NCBI GenBank assembly: GCA_035502035.1
Contig: DATJUZ010000007.1
Location: 36,423 to 100,422, forward strand
Length of the DNA stretch: 64,000 bases
Direction of reading: 5' to 3'
DNA from: Thermoplasmata archaeon
Lineage (GTDB): Archaea > Thermoplasmatota > Thermoplasmata > Lutacidiplasmatales > UBA184
How positions within the stretch are numbered: position 1 is the first letter of the stretch; every line of letters starts with the position of its first letter. Under the pieces are notes generated by a model. The model made no database searches, was not told the DNA's origin, and saw only the letters and a program-made list of their open reading frames with translations. Shown one piece after another: positions 8,816 through 17,405 of this stretch. A program made the position numbers and the translations under genes.

Positions 8816-10525
8816 CTACGTCGACATCCCGGGCGCGCCCTTGAGCGCACGGATCTTGTAGTACTCGGGGTCGACGATGACCTCGCCGTTGACGCCCATC
8901 GTCTCGATCGTCTTCAGCTGGACGCCGCTCTGCGACTTCGCCCGCTGCCAGTCCGGGATCGGGATCGAGAACTTCTTCTCGACCTCCGTCCGGTAGATCG
9001 GACCCGAGTTGTACGAGCAGAACGGGATGATCCGCCCGTCCGGCACCGCGTAGTGGATGTCGCACCGCATCAGGCGCTGGATATCGTAGTCGTAGGCGTC
9101 CTGGAAATGCATGTTGCCGATGTAGAGCGTCCTCCAGGTGAACTTCGCCACGGCCTCCTTGTTCCCCTCGGTGAAGATCGAGGCGATGATGCGGACGCAG
9201 TTCTTCTCGCTGACCCCTTCCGGAGCCTTCGAGAAGTCGAAGTACTTCGCGACGTCGTGGAGCAGGCGCGCCCCGGCGACCGCCGTCCGGACCCGCGCGA
9301 ACCGCGCGTCCCGGTACTTCTCGATCATCGACTCGACGTTCTCGAAGAAGCCGTCGACGTCCATGAACCGCGGGAGCGGCGTGATCTTCTGGCCGTCCTG
9401 CGACACGAACGCGAACGTCGCGCAGCCGCAGCCGGGGTGGGTCGTCAGGGTCATCTTCTCCTCCCCGTGGATGATCGACGCGAGCTCGCTGATCGGCGCG
9501 ACCGACGGGACGGGGAAGAAGTCGGAGCGCTCGAACGGCCCGTCCGTGCAGAGGATCCGCACGAGGTCCGACTGGGTGAACCGCATCTGGAAGCGGTCCT
9601 TGTCCGGGATACGCGCCGTGAGCGCGACCGGCTGGAAGTTCACTCCCCGGACGACGTCGAGGTTGTCGATGGCGAACCGGACCGTCGGCCAGATCTCCTT
9701 CTCGTTGAACCCGCCGACCAGCGTCGGGACGAGGACGACCGACAGCGGCTTGTCCGACTTGCCCGCGGCGAGCTCCGTGGCGGGGGCGTGGGTCTCCCGC
9801 GCCGCCTGGATCGCCTTCTGCTTCACCTTGAGCAGGGGGACCCCGCGGACCTTTCGGTAGATCTCGTCGTCCAGGCCGTCGAACTGCAGGTAGAGGGTGT
9901 GGAGTCCCGCGTCCCGGCACGCCTGGGCGAAGCCGGGCTCGTTGGCGACGCGGATCCCGTTGGTCGCGACCTGGATCTGCTTGAAGCCGAGGTCGCGGGA
10001 CATGCTGACCGCGTCCAGGAACAGCGGGCTGAGCGTCGGCTCCCCGCCCGAGAACTGGACGGCGACGGTGCCGACCGGCTTCTGCTCCCGGAGCGTCTTG
10101 AGCATGAAGTAGATCTGCTCGCGGGTCGGTTCGAAGACGTAGCCGGCGGCGTTGGCGTTCGCGAAGCAGACCGGGCACTTCAGGTTGCAGCGGTTCGTCA
10201 GGTCGACGAGCGCGAGGCCGGTGTGCGACTTGTGGTGGCTGCACATCCCGCAGGTCGTCGGGCACCCGCGGAACTTGTCGTAGTACGGGTTCTCGTAGCC
10301 GACCCCGTCATGGGCATAGACCTCCATCCGGAGGTAGAAGTCGACGTCGTTGGAGATGATGTCCCAGAAGTAGCCGTGCGCCCGGCACGTCTTCTCCATG
10401 ATGACACGGCCCTCCTTCTCCCGGACGATCGCCGGGATGACCTTGATGCACTCGGGGCAAACGGACGCCGTCTTGCGGGGAAGGCCCCGGGGCGCCTGGA
10501 ACTCCTTCATCACGCGGGCGGGCAT
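8816..10525 (-). CDS. tes: radical SAM enzyme of the tetraether lipid synthase (Tes) family
   Basis: A 569-aa protein with an N-terminal CPEC zinc-ribbon-like motif and a radical SAM CNLKCPVCF cluster motif followed by FSGGEPTL. Size and architecture fit Tes. The related MJ0619-type pterin methyltransferase cannot be excluded without a search. Confidence 0.75.
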   Translation of the reverse strand: MPARVMKEFQAPRGLPRKTASVCPECIKVIPAIVREKEGRVIMEKTCRAHGYFWDIISNDVDFYLRMEVYAHDGVGYENPYYDKFRGCPTTCGMCSHHKSHTGLALVDLTNRCNLKCPVCFANANAAGYVFEPTREQIYFMLKTLREQKPVGTVAVQFSGGEPTLSPLFLDAVSMSRDLGFKQIQVATNGIRVANEPGFAQACRDAGLHTLYLQFDGLDDEIYRKVRGVPLLKVKQKAIQAARETHAPATELAAGKSDKPLSVVLVPTLVGGFNEKEIWPTVRFAIDNLDVVRGVNFQPVALTARIPDKDRFQMRFTQSDLVRILCTDGPFERSDFFPVPSVAPISELASIIHGEEKMTLTTHPGCGCATFAFVSQDGQKITPLPRFMDVDGFFENVESMIEKYRDARFARVRTAVAGARLLHDVAKYFDFSKAPEGVSEKNCVRIIASIFTEGNKEAVAKFTWRTLYIGNMHFQDAYDYDIQRLMRCDIHYAVPDGRIIPFCSYNSGPIYRTEVEKKFSIPIPDWQRAKSQSGVQLKTIETMGVNGEVIVDPEYYKIRALKGAPGMST

Positions 10526-10726
10526 TGTTCGTTTCCTCCGTTGGTAGCCCTCCCCCTGCGGGTGCGGGCTTAGCCTGCCCAGCCACCCCGCCCTACATAA
10601 CCCATCTGTCGTTCAACCTGCGACAAATCCGGCGTCCCGTGACGGAGAGTCGCACGGTTCTTCGAGCGACAAGCCCTCCTCGGGCGGGGACGACCCCTCG
10701 CGTCCGGGCCCCGAGCCTCAGAGGTT

Positions 10727-11299
10727 ATGGCCCGCGGGGGTTCGCTCCGTCCGACGATGGCGACGCGACGCCGACGGACAGCCCCGCGGGGGACGACCCG
10801 CCGCTCGAGGCCCCGGCGCGGACCGACGAAGAACCCCCGGTTCGTCGGCCGGGACCCGTCCCCGGTCCTCGACCGGTATCCCCCGCGGGAGCCGGCCGGC
10901 TTCACCCGCCCCCCTCCGCCGGCCGCCGGAGTGCCGCCGTCCCCGAGGACGACCGAGGCGCCGTCGACGACCGTCCCTTCCGCCCCGGTCCTCCCCGGCG
11001 CGCCCGCGCCCGAGGGGCTCATCCGGCTCGAGCGGCCGTTCGACCCGGATGAGTTCTCCCGGATGCTGGGGGAGACGTCGATCCGGCTCACCGTCCCCCG
11101 CGACGCCCTCCCGGAGGTCCTCCGTCGGGCGACGGAGTTCATGGGCTTCGGGATCTACGTCTACGCGATCTCGGTCCGTCCTGCGCCGTCCGAGCTGCTG
11201 CAGGGATTCGTCGTCGAGCTCCAGCGGGTCGAGTACGACCCGGAGGAGAACCGCTGGAAGCCGTTCGTCGAGCGCGGAGCCGTCGGCGCCCCACCGTGA
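10727..11299 (+). CDS. hypothetical protein (basic, Pro-rich N-terminal half and globular C-terminal domain)
   Basis: Third-position GC is high throughout this frame. The C-terminal part looks folded: LIRLERPFDPDEFSRMLGETSIRLTVPRDALPEVLRRATEFMGFGIYVYAISV...VEYDPEENRWKPFVERG. The start is uncertain. Confidence 0.5.
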   Translation: MARGGSLRPTMATRRRRTAPRGTTRRSRPRRGPTKNPRFVGRDPSPVLDRYPPREPAGFTRPPPPAAGVPPSPRTTEAPSTTVPSAPVLPGAPAPEGLIRLERPFDPDEFSRMLGETSIRLTVPRDALPEVLRRATEFMGFGIYVYAISVRPAPSELLQGFVVELQRVEYDPEENRWKPFVERGAVGAPP

Positions 11300-11318
11300 T
11301 CCGGGCCGACGGCGGGGC

Positions 11319-12143
11319 CTAGGGCCGGGGGGCGAGCGCCCGGCGCGCGAGGAGGGTGGCGAGCAGGATCATCGCGGCGGCCCACCCGACCAGGCCGAGC
11401 AGGTAGAACCAGCCGCTGTGGGGGTACCAGGCGCCGGCCCCGCGGAACAGGTTGATCCGGATCACCTCGACCGCGAGCGTGATCGGGTTGTAGGAGGCCA
11501 GGGTCCGCATCCACCCGGGGAGGATCCCCCACGGGTAGAGTGCCGCGGAGGTCAGCAGGACGGGAAGGTTGATCGCGTTGACGACGGCGAAGTACGTCTG
11601 CGGCTGCTCGATCGAGAAGCCGATCGCGAGGAACAGCGAGGCGAACATCACCGAGAGGATCACGATCGCGAGCAGGATCTGGACCGCCCCCAGGACCCCG
11701 ACCGAGGCGGTGACGTCAAGCCCGTTGAGGCCGACGTGCCCGAGACCGATCGCCAGGCCGAGGACGAGGAAGGCGAGCGCGATCGGCTGGATCGTCCCGG
11801 CGATCAGGCGGGAGCCGAAGATCGAGATCGGGGAGGCCGGGGTCGAGGAGATCCGCTTCAGCACGCCGAACAGGCGGTCGAAGATCACGTTCGCCCCGAT
11901 GAACAGCGTGGCGGTCACCGCGACGAAGCCGGCCATGCCCGCCGAGAAGTAGCTGAAGTACGACGGCGCCCCGTTCACGGCGACCGCGAGCGCGTTCGGC
12001 GGGAGCGCCGAGGAGAGGTTGAACCCCTGGCCGAACAGGACGAGGTAGAGGATCGGCAGCAGGAGCGACGTGATGATCGCCTGGGGGTTCCGGCCGATGC
12101 GCAGGAGCTCCCGGCGGGTGAGGGCGACGGTCTCGCGGATCAC
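11319..12143 (-). CDS. ABC-2 type transporter permease
   Basis: From ORF 11319..12545. The GTG start at 12141-12143 overlaps the upstream ATPase stop (GTGA). The 274-aa protein has about 6 TM helices: VIRETVALTRRELLRIGRNPQAIITSLLLPILYLVLFG... Confidence 0.8.
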   Translation of the reverse strand: MIRETVALTRRELLRIGRNPQAIITSLLLPILYLVLFGQGFNLSSALPPNALAVAVNGAPSYFSYFSAGMAGFVAVTATLFIGANVIFDRLFGVLKRISSTPASPISIFGSRLIAGTIQPIALAFLVLGLAIGLGHVGLNGLDVTASVGVLGAVQILLAIVILSVMFASLFLAIGFSIEQPQTYFAVVNAINLPVLLTSAALYPWGILPGWMRTLASYNPITLAVEVIRINLFRGAGAWYPHSGWFYLLGLVGWAAAMILLATLLARRALAPRP

Positions 12144-13171
12144 CGACGGCCTCCCATCTGGCTCCGGACCCGACCGAGCATCACCGCGCGGTCGGTCGCG
12201 CTCGGTCCTTCCTCCTCGCGGAACTCGCGGCCGGTGAACTCGAGGAACACCTCGTCCAGGCTCGGCCGCTTGAGCGAGACCCCCTGGAGCCCGACCCCCG
12301 CCCGAACGCACGCCGCGACGACGACCGGGACGAGCGCCTCGCCGTTGGCACACTTCAGCCGGAACGCCCCGTCCTGCTCCCCGACCGAGACGACGCCCGG
12401 GACCGCAGCGAGGACCGCCTTCACGGCGGGGGAGGGGGCCGAGGGGCGGACGGTCACGATGTCCCCGCCCAGACGGTCCTTCAGCTCTCCGGGCGTGCCG
12501 GAGGCCACGATCGTTCCGTGGTCGATGATCGCGATGCGGTCGCACATCCCGTCGGCCTCCTCGAGGTAGTGGGTCGTGACGAAGACCGTCATGCCGTGCT
12601 CCTTCCGCAGTTCGAGCACGTAGCGCCAGAAGCCGGCACGGCCCTGGGGGTCGAGCCCGAGCGTCGGCTCGTCCAGGAAGAGGACCCCCGGAGCGTGCAC
12701 GATCCCGGCCGCGAGCTCGAGCCGACGGCGCATCCCTCCGGAGTACGTCTTGGCGAGCCGGTCCGCGGCGTCCGCGAGCTGCATCCGCTCGAGCAGGCCG
12801 TCGACCCGGCCCCGGACCTCCGAGCGCGGGACGCTGTAGAGGGCAGCGGCGAGCTCGAGGTTCTCGCGACCGGTGAGGTCTCCGTCCGCGGTCGATTCCT
12901 GGAACACCACGCCGATCCGTCGCTTGACCGTCGCCGGTTCCCGGCGGACGTCCAGGCCGTCGACCGTCGCCTCGCCGGCGGTCAGCGACAGACCGGCGGA
13001 GAGCATCGAGACGGTCGTCGTCTTGCCGGCACCGTTCGGACCGAGGAACCCGTAGACCTCGCCCGGACGCACCGCGAACGAGACCCGCTTGACCGCCTCG
13101 ACCTTCCCGACGTAGGTCTTGGAGATCTCCGCGGCGACGATCGCCCCTCGAGCGGTTCCTTCCAGCCCCAT
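12140..13171 (-). CDS. ABC transporter ATP-binding protein
   Basis: From ORF 12140..13648, with the ATG at 13169-13171 (MGLEGTARGAIV). It carries Walker A GPNGAGKTT, signature YSGGMRRR and Walker B LFLDEPTLGLD. Confidence 0.9.
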   Translation of the reverse strand: MGLEGTARGAIVAAEISKTYVGKVEAVKRVSFAVRPGEVYGFLGPNGAGKTTTVSMLSAGLSLTAGEATVDGLDVRREPATVKRRIGVVFQESTADGDLTGRENLELAAALYSVPRSEVRGRVDGLLERMQLADAADRLAKTYSGGMRRRLELAAGIVHAPGVLFLDEPTLGLDPQGRAGFWRYVLELRKEHGMTVFVTTHYLEEADGMCDRIAIIDHGTIVASGTPGELKDRLGGDIVTVRPSAPSPAVKAVLAAVPGVVSVGEQDGAFRLKCANGEALVPVVVAACVRAGVGLQGVSLKRPSLDEVFLEFTGREFREEEGPSATDRAVMLGRVRSQMGGRR

Positions 13172-13176
13172 GCGTC

Positions 13177-13599
13177 CTATCCCGCGATGCGTGCGAGGCG
13201 TTCGGCGACGTCCTTCATCTCCGGCGTCGCCTTGTCGAACTCGCCGCTTCGGCTCGACTTGAGGTCTTCGAGGAAGGCGACCAGACCGCGCAGCTCGACG
13301 AGCGCCTCCTCGACGTTGCGGGGCCCGACGCGCCCGGGGGCCCACCCTCGTTCCGGGCCGGCGCCCGCCGTGAGAGCGTACCTTCCGTCCGTCCCCTTCC
13401 GTACCGCCCCGTCTCGGGTCATCTCCTCCAGCAGGGGGTAGATCGAGCCGGGCGAGGGGCGCCAGAAGCCCCGCGAGAGATGCTCGATCTCGTCCATCAG
13501 CTCCGCGCCGGTCTTGGGACCCTGGCTGAGGAGGTGGTAGACGAGCGGACGAAGGCCGCGGCGGTGTCGGCCCATCCAGGGGGCGCCGAGGAGCGACAT
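13177..13599 (-). CDS. PadR family transcriptional regulator
   Basis: A 140-aa protein. LRPLVYHLLSQGPKTGAELMDEIEHLSRGFWRPSPGSIYPLLEEMTRDGAV matches the PadR winged helix. It is the first gene of the PadR / ABC ATPase / permease operon. Confidence 0.85.
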   Translation of the reverse strand: MSLLGAPWMGRHRRGLRPLVYHLLSQGPKTGAELMDEIEHLSRGFWRPSPGSIYPLLEEMTRDGAVRKGTDGRYALTAGAGPERGWAPGRVGPRNVEEALVELRGLVAFLEDLKSSRSGEFDKATPEMKDVAERLARIAG

Positions 13600-13604
13600 C
13601 GTAT

Positions 13605-13618
13605 TTCCGATATCGGAA
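13605..13618. promoter_or_regulatory. perfect 14-bp palindrome TTCCGATATCGGAA (putative PadR operator)
   Basis: It lies 6 nt upstream of the padR ATG (13597-13599), in the only AT-rich patch of this intergenic region. Confidence 0.4.
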
Positions 13619-13747
13619 TAACGATACGTGTAGATGAACCTTGCTCACGACGGGGGAGTGCGGCGGGGGAGTGCCCGTCGGGGGCGGGCGGTCCCCGGCC
13701 GCCGTCCGTGGCTTGATTTACCGCCCGGGAGTACCAGCGGACGTACC

Positions 13748-13966
13748 ATGACGCCCCAAGGATCGCCGGATCGCTGGGAAGTCGAGATGCTTGCCGTCCG
13801 TCAACAGCTCGAACAGATGCGGGAGGAGCAGCGGCAGATGGCCGCGGCGATCCAGGACCTGGTCGCTACGTTCCGGACCATCGCGACCCACCTCGGGATC
13901 GCCTCCGAACCGTACGGCCGGAAGGCGGAAGGCACTCGCTCGAGGGACGTCCCCGGCTTCGCCTAG
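13748..13966 (+). CDS. small coiled-coil protein (72 aa)
   Basis: From ORF 13634..13966, using the internal ATG at 13748: MTPQGSPDRWEVEMLAVRQQLEQMREEQRQMAAAIQDLVATFRTIATHLGI... It has a heptad-like pattern. Coding status is uncertain. Confidence 0.4.
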   Translation: MTPQGSPDRWEVEMLAVRQQLEQMREEQRQMAAAIQDLVATFRTIATHLGIASEPYGRKAEGTRSRDVPGFA

Positions 13967-15006
13967 GTCCCGTCGGGGGCCGGAGGCTCGCCGCGCCGCG
14001 GGGCCGGCACAGCCTTGCGCCCGTACCGCCACGCGCCCTCGATGGCGTATAGGCGACGCAGCCGGGTGTCGACCCGGGCGCCGACGGAGACCTGCTCGCG
14101 CTCCGCGTCGGCGACCGGCAGGGTGACCCGGACCCCGGGCTCGAGCTCCGCCAGCACGACGCCGTACGGACCGGTCGCCTCGACCTGCGGGTCGAACTCC
14201 GTCGGCTGACCGCCCTGCCCGATCCAGGTCGACGCCACGACCTTCGCGCCGTCGAGGGGGAGCGGCTCGTCGCGGAGGGCGTCGGTCCTCCCGCAACGGC
14301 CGCACCTCCCCCGGCTCGGGAACGTCCGCTCGCCGCAGGCCTGGCATCGGTCGGCGAGGAACCGCCAGCGGCTGCGCAGGCTCTCCTGGTATCGAGGAGC
14401 GGGGACGAACGCCCCCTCGGCCACGGTGTACGGGGGCCCGTCGGGCAGGTCGGGGACCGCCCCCTGACCGCGCGCGGGCACGGGGGCGACCCAGTCCCCG
14501 ACCCCGACGGAACCGAGCCCTCCCGGACCGCCGAGCCAGGCCCAAAGCTGCGTCAGCGGATCGGCTCTCACCGGTGCCGTCGGTCGGAACGTGGAGAGGG
14601 GGATCGCGTCTCCGCCGTCGTCCACGACGAGCGCCGCCGACCCTTCCCCCCGGTCGGCGGGGTCGATCGGGGGTTCCCCCCGCGACAGACGCCGAGCGAC
14701 GATCAGGCACTCCGCTCGATCGGAGGCGGCGAGCGACGCGAGCGCCGCAGCGAGCGACCCGACCTGCTCGCCCGCCCCTTCGACCGTCACCGGGCGTCCG
14801 GCGACGGCGGAGAGCGCCGCCCCGGACGGCGGGGAACGGAAACCGAGCAGTCGCACGGTGAGGGGCGAGCGCTCGGGGAGGCGCGGGAGCGCCCGCTCGA
14901 GCACCGTGGCCGCGAGCGTGAACTCGTCCTCGTCCGCTCCGCAGCGCCGCACCGCGCCGTCGGTGTACGACGGCAGGTACGCCGCGGCCCGCACGACCCC
15001 GCGCAT
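13963..15006 (-). CDS. DUF35 (Zn-ribbon + OB-fold) protein with an N-terminal degenerate thiolase-fold half-domain
   Basis: From ORF 13963..15123, with the ATG at 15004-15006 (MRGVVRAAAYLPSY), 10 nt after the thiolase stop. The C-terminal CQACGERTFPSRGRCGRCG ribbon plus an OB-like region fit DUF35. The N-terminal ~150 aa resemble the first half of HMG-CoA synthase. Confidence 0.75.
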   Translation of the reverse strand: MRGVVRAAAYLPSYTDGAVRRCGADEDEFTLAATVLERALPRLPERSPLTVRLLGFRSPPSGAALSAVAGRPVTVEGAGEQVGSLAAALASLAASDRAECLIVARRLSRGEPPIDPADRGEGSAALVVDDGGDAIPLSTFRPTAPVRADPLTQLWAWLGGPGGLGSVGVGDWVAPVPARGQGAVPDLPDGPPYTVAEGAFVPAPRYQESLRSRWRFLADRCQACGERTFPSRGRCGRCGRTDALRDEPLPLDGAKVVASTWIGQGGQPTEFDPQVEATGPYGVVLAELEPGVRVTLPVADAEREQVSVGARVDTRLRRLYAIEGAWRYGRKAVPAPRRGEPPAPDGT

Positions 15007-15016
15007 CCGGACGGCC

Positions 15017-16180
15017 CTACCCCGCGGCCAGGACCGCGACCGCGGCGGTCGCCCCCGCGCCGCCGACGTTGTGGGCGAGCCCGACGCGCGCGCCCGCCAC
15101 CTGTCGCGCGCCGGCCTGGCCACGGAGCTGGAGGAACAGTTCGTAGGCCTGCGAGACCCCGGTAGCGCCGATCGGGTGGCCCTTCGCCTTCAGACCGCCG
15201 TCCGGATTGACGGGGAGGCGACCGTCCCGCCGGGTCGCCCCGTCCAGGGTGAGGGGACCGGCCCCGCCCGGTTCGGAGAACCCGAGGTCCTCCAGCGCCA
15301 GCAGCTCGGCGATCGTGAAGCAGTCGTGCGCCTCGACGACCGAGACCTCCTCGCGACGCACGCCGGAGGCGCGGAACGCGGCCTCGGCGGCCCGGCGCGT
15401 CGCGGGGAACCCGAGCAGCTCGGCCCGCTCCTGGACCGCGAGGCGGTCGGAGGCGGCCCCGACCCCCTCCACGTACACCGGGGTATCCGTGTAGGTCCGG
15501 GCGCGGTCCGCCGCCGCGACGACGACGGCCGCCGCGCCATCGCTCACCGGGCAGCAGTCGTAGAGACCAAGCGGGTCGGCGACCTTCGGGCTCGACAGGG
15601 CCTGCTCCCGGCGGATCGGCTTCTGGAAGTGGGCGTTCGGGTTGAGCGCCCCGTTGGCGTGGTTCTTGACCGCGACCTCCGCGAGCGCCTCGGGGGCCAG
15701 ACGGTACCGCGCCAGGTAGGCCGAGGCGAGGAGCCCGTAGACCCCGGCGAACGTGAGACCGGCTTGGCGCTCCCACTCGGTGTCGCCGGAGACCCCGAGC
15801 CAGTACCGGCGGCGGGGCGAGCTCACGTCCGTCATCTTCTCGACGCCGGCGACGAGCGCGAGCTCGACGTCGCCCGACGCGACCGCATGGACCGCCTCCT
15901 GGAGCGCGAAGCCGCCGGAGGCGCAGGCGTTCTCGACGCGGACCGTCGCGAGACCGGGCGTCCGGAGCTCCTCGGCGAGCACGGCCGAGGCGTTGCCGAT
16001 CTGCCAGCCCCCGAAGCCGATCGTCGCGAGGTAGCCGCGGCCGATCGTCCCGCGGTCCAGGCCCTTGTCCACGGTGGCCAGAGCGCCGTCCACGGCCGTG
16101 CGCAGGAGGGCACGGGGCCCCTCGGGGAGAACGCCGAACCGGCTGTGGCCCGCCCCTACGATCGCCGCCCGGTGCACCAC
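15017..16180 (-). CDS. acetyl-CoA C-acetyltransferase (archaeal thiolase)
   Basis: A 387-aa protein with VENACASGGFAL (catalytic Cys), EAHDCFT and NPDGGLKAKGHPIGATG, all typical of archaeal SCP-x type thiolases. Confidence 0.9.
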   Translation of the reverse strand: MVHRAAIVGAGHSRFGVLPEGPRALLRTAVDGALATVDKGLDRGTIGRGYLATIGFGGWQIGNASAVLAEELRTPGLATVRVENACASGGFALQEAVHAVASGDVELALVAGVEKMTDVSSPRRRYWLGVSGDTEWERQAGLTFAGVYGLLASAYLARYRLAPEALAEVAVKNHANGALNPNAHFQKPIRREQALSSPKVADPLGLYDCCPVSDGAAAVVVAAADRARTYTDTPVYVEGVGAASDRLAVQERAELLGFPATRRAAEAAFRASGVRREEVSVVEAHDCFTIAELLALEDLGFSEPGGAGPLTLDGATRRDGRLPVNPDGGLKAKGHPIGATGVSQAYELFLQLRGQAGARQVAGARVGLAHNVGGAGATAAVAVLAAG

Positions 16181-16248
16181 GCCTTTCCGCCCCGCGAATC
16201 GTCTTATCGCCCGAGTCGCTCGAGTGATTTAACCCCCGGGGAGCCGCG

Positions 16249-16824
16249 GTGGACGAGGACGCCCCAGTTGTCGTAGGCGTGTCGGGCGCCAGCGGCGCCC
16301 CGATCGCGGTCACGGTGCTGCGCGCACTTCGGGAGGCCGGCGTGCCCACCGCGCTCGTCGCCTCGACGGCCGGGGTCGCGGTCGTCCGCGAGGAGACCGG
16401 GCTCGATGCCGCGGGGCTTGCCGCGCTCGCGGACCGCAGCTACGCCGACGACGACCTCGCGGCCCCGATCGCGAGCGGCTCCCGGCGGACGCGCGGGATG
16501 GTCGTCGTCCCGTGCTCCTCCTCGACGGCGGCGAAGATCGCGCTCGGCCTCGGGGACGGCCTGCTCGCCCGAGCCGCCCACGTCCACCTCAAGGAGCACC
16601 GCCCCCTCGTGATCGTGCCAAGGGAGACCCCGCTGCCGACGATCCTGCTCCGGCACCTCACGAGCCTCAGCGAGCTCGGGGTGGTCGTCCTGATCCCCAC
16701 CCCCGCCTACTACCTCCAGCCGCGATCGATCGACGACGTCACCCGATTCCTCGCCGGCAAGGTCCTCGACCACCTCGGCGTCGCGCACGCGCTCTACCGG
16801 GGCTGGAAGGAGGGGGCTTCGTGA
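16249..16824 (+). CDS. ubiX: UbiX-family flavin prenyltransferase
   Basis: A 191-aa protein with a GTG start. VVGVSGASGAPIAV and MVVVPCSSSTAAKIALG match the UbiX/Pad1 pattern. Confidence 0.85.
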   Translation: MDEDAPVVVGVSGASGAPIAVTVLRALREAGVPTALVASTAGVAVVREETGLDAAGLAALADRSYADDDLAAPIASGSRRTRGMVVVPCSSSTAAKIALGLGDGLLARAAHVHLKEHRPLVIVPRETPLPTILLRHLTSLSELGVVVLIPTPAYYLQPRSIDDVTRFLAGKVLDHLGVAHALYRGWKEGAS

Positions 16825-17405
16825 GGTCCGGGGCCGCCCCGCGCGACTGGGGCGGGCGCCTGGGCGCCTACGCCCCGGTCCCGTTCGTCGGCGCCGCCTC
16901 GATCCTCGTCGCGCTGATCGTCTTCACCCCGGTCCTGCTGGCGAGCGGCCCGTCGCCCCTCGCGCTCGAGGCGGAGCTGGTCGTCTACCGCACGACGGGG
17001 TCGGCCAGCACCGAGTTCTACCTCCACGCCCTCGGCGCGCTCGTGCCGTATGCGCGCCTCTCGATCGCGCTCGGGAGCAACTACACGTGGAACGGTCAGT
17101 GCCCGAGCTCCGGCCTCACGTGGACCCCGGCCCAGGAGACGGACGCGCTCGAGCTGAGCGTGGCGAGCGCGCTCAATCCGGTCGTCGTGAACGCGACCGC
17201 GGTCTATGCGTCCGGCGGCTCGTCGACCGTCTATGCCGCCGAGCTCGCCTTCGAGGTCCTCAACGTCGGCGCCCCGGACGAGAGCCTCGCCGTCGTCGCC
17301 TGCACCGCCGCGACGCCGGGGGTCAGCACGCCCGGCTCGCTCTCGGTCTCGGAGCTGCCGCACGCCTGGCTGCTCGTCGACTACGGAGCCGGAGGCCCGC
17401 CGTGA
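16821..17405 (+). CDS. membrane-anchored hypothetical protein
   Basis: From ORF 16512..17405. The GTG at 16821 overlaps the ubiX stop (GTGA). An N-terminal TM segment (PVPFVGAASILVALIVFTPVLLA) is followed by a Ser/Thr/Ala-rich beta domain. Confidence 0.6.
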   Translation: MRSGAAPRDWGGRLGAYAPVPFVGAASILVALIVFTPVLLASGPSPLALEAELVVYRTTGSASTEFYLHALGALVPYARLSIALGSNYTWNGQCPSSGLTWTPAQETDALELSVASALNPVVVNATAVYASGGSSTVYAAELAFEVLNVGAPDESLAVVACTAATPGVSTPGSLSVSELPHAWLLVDYGAGGPP

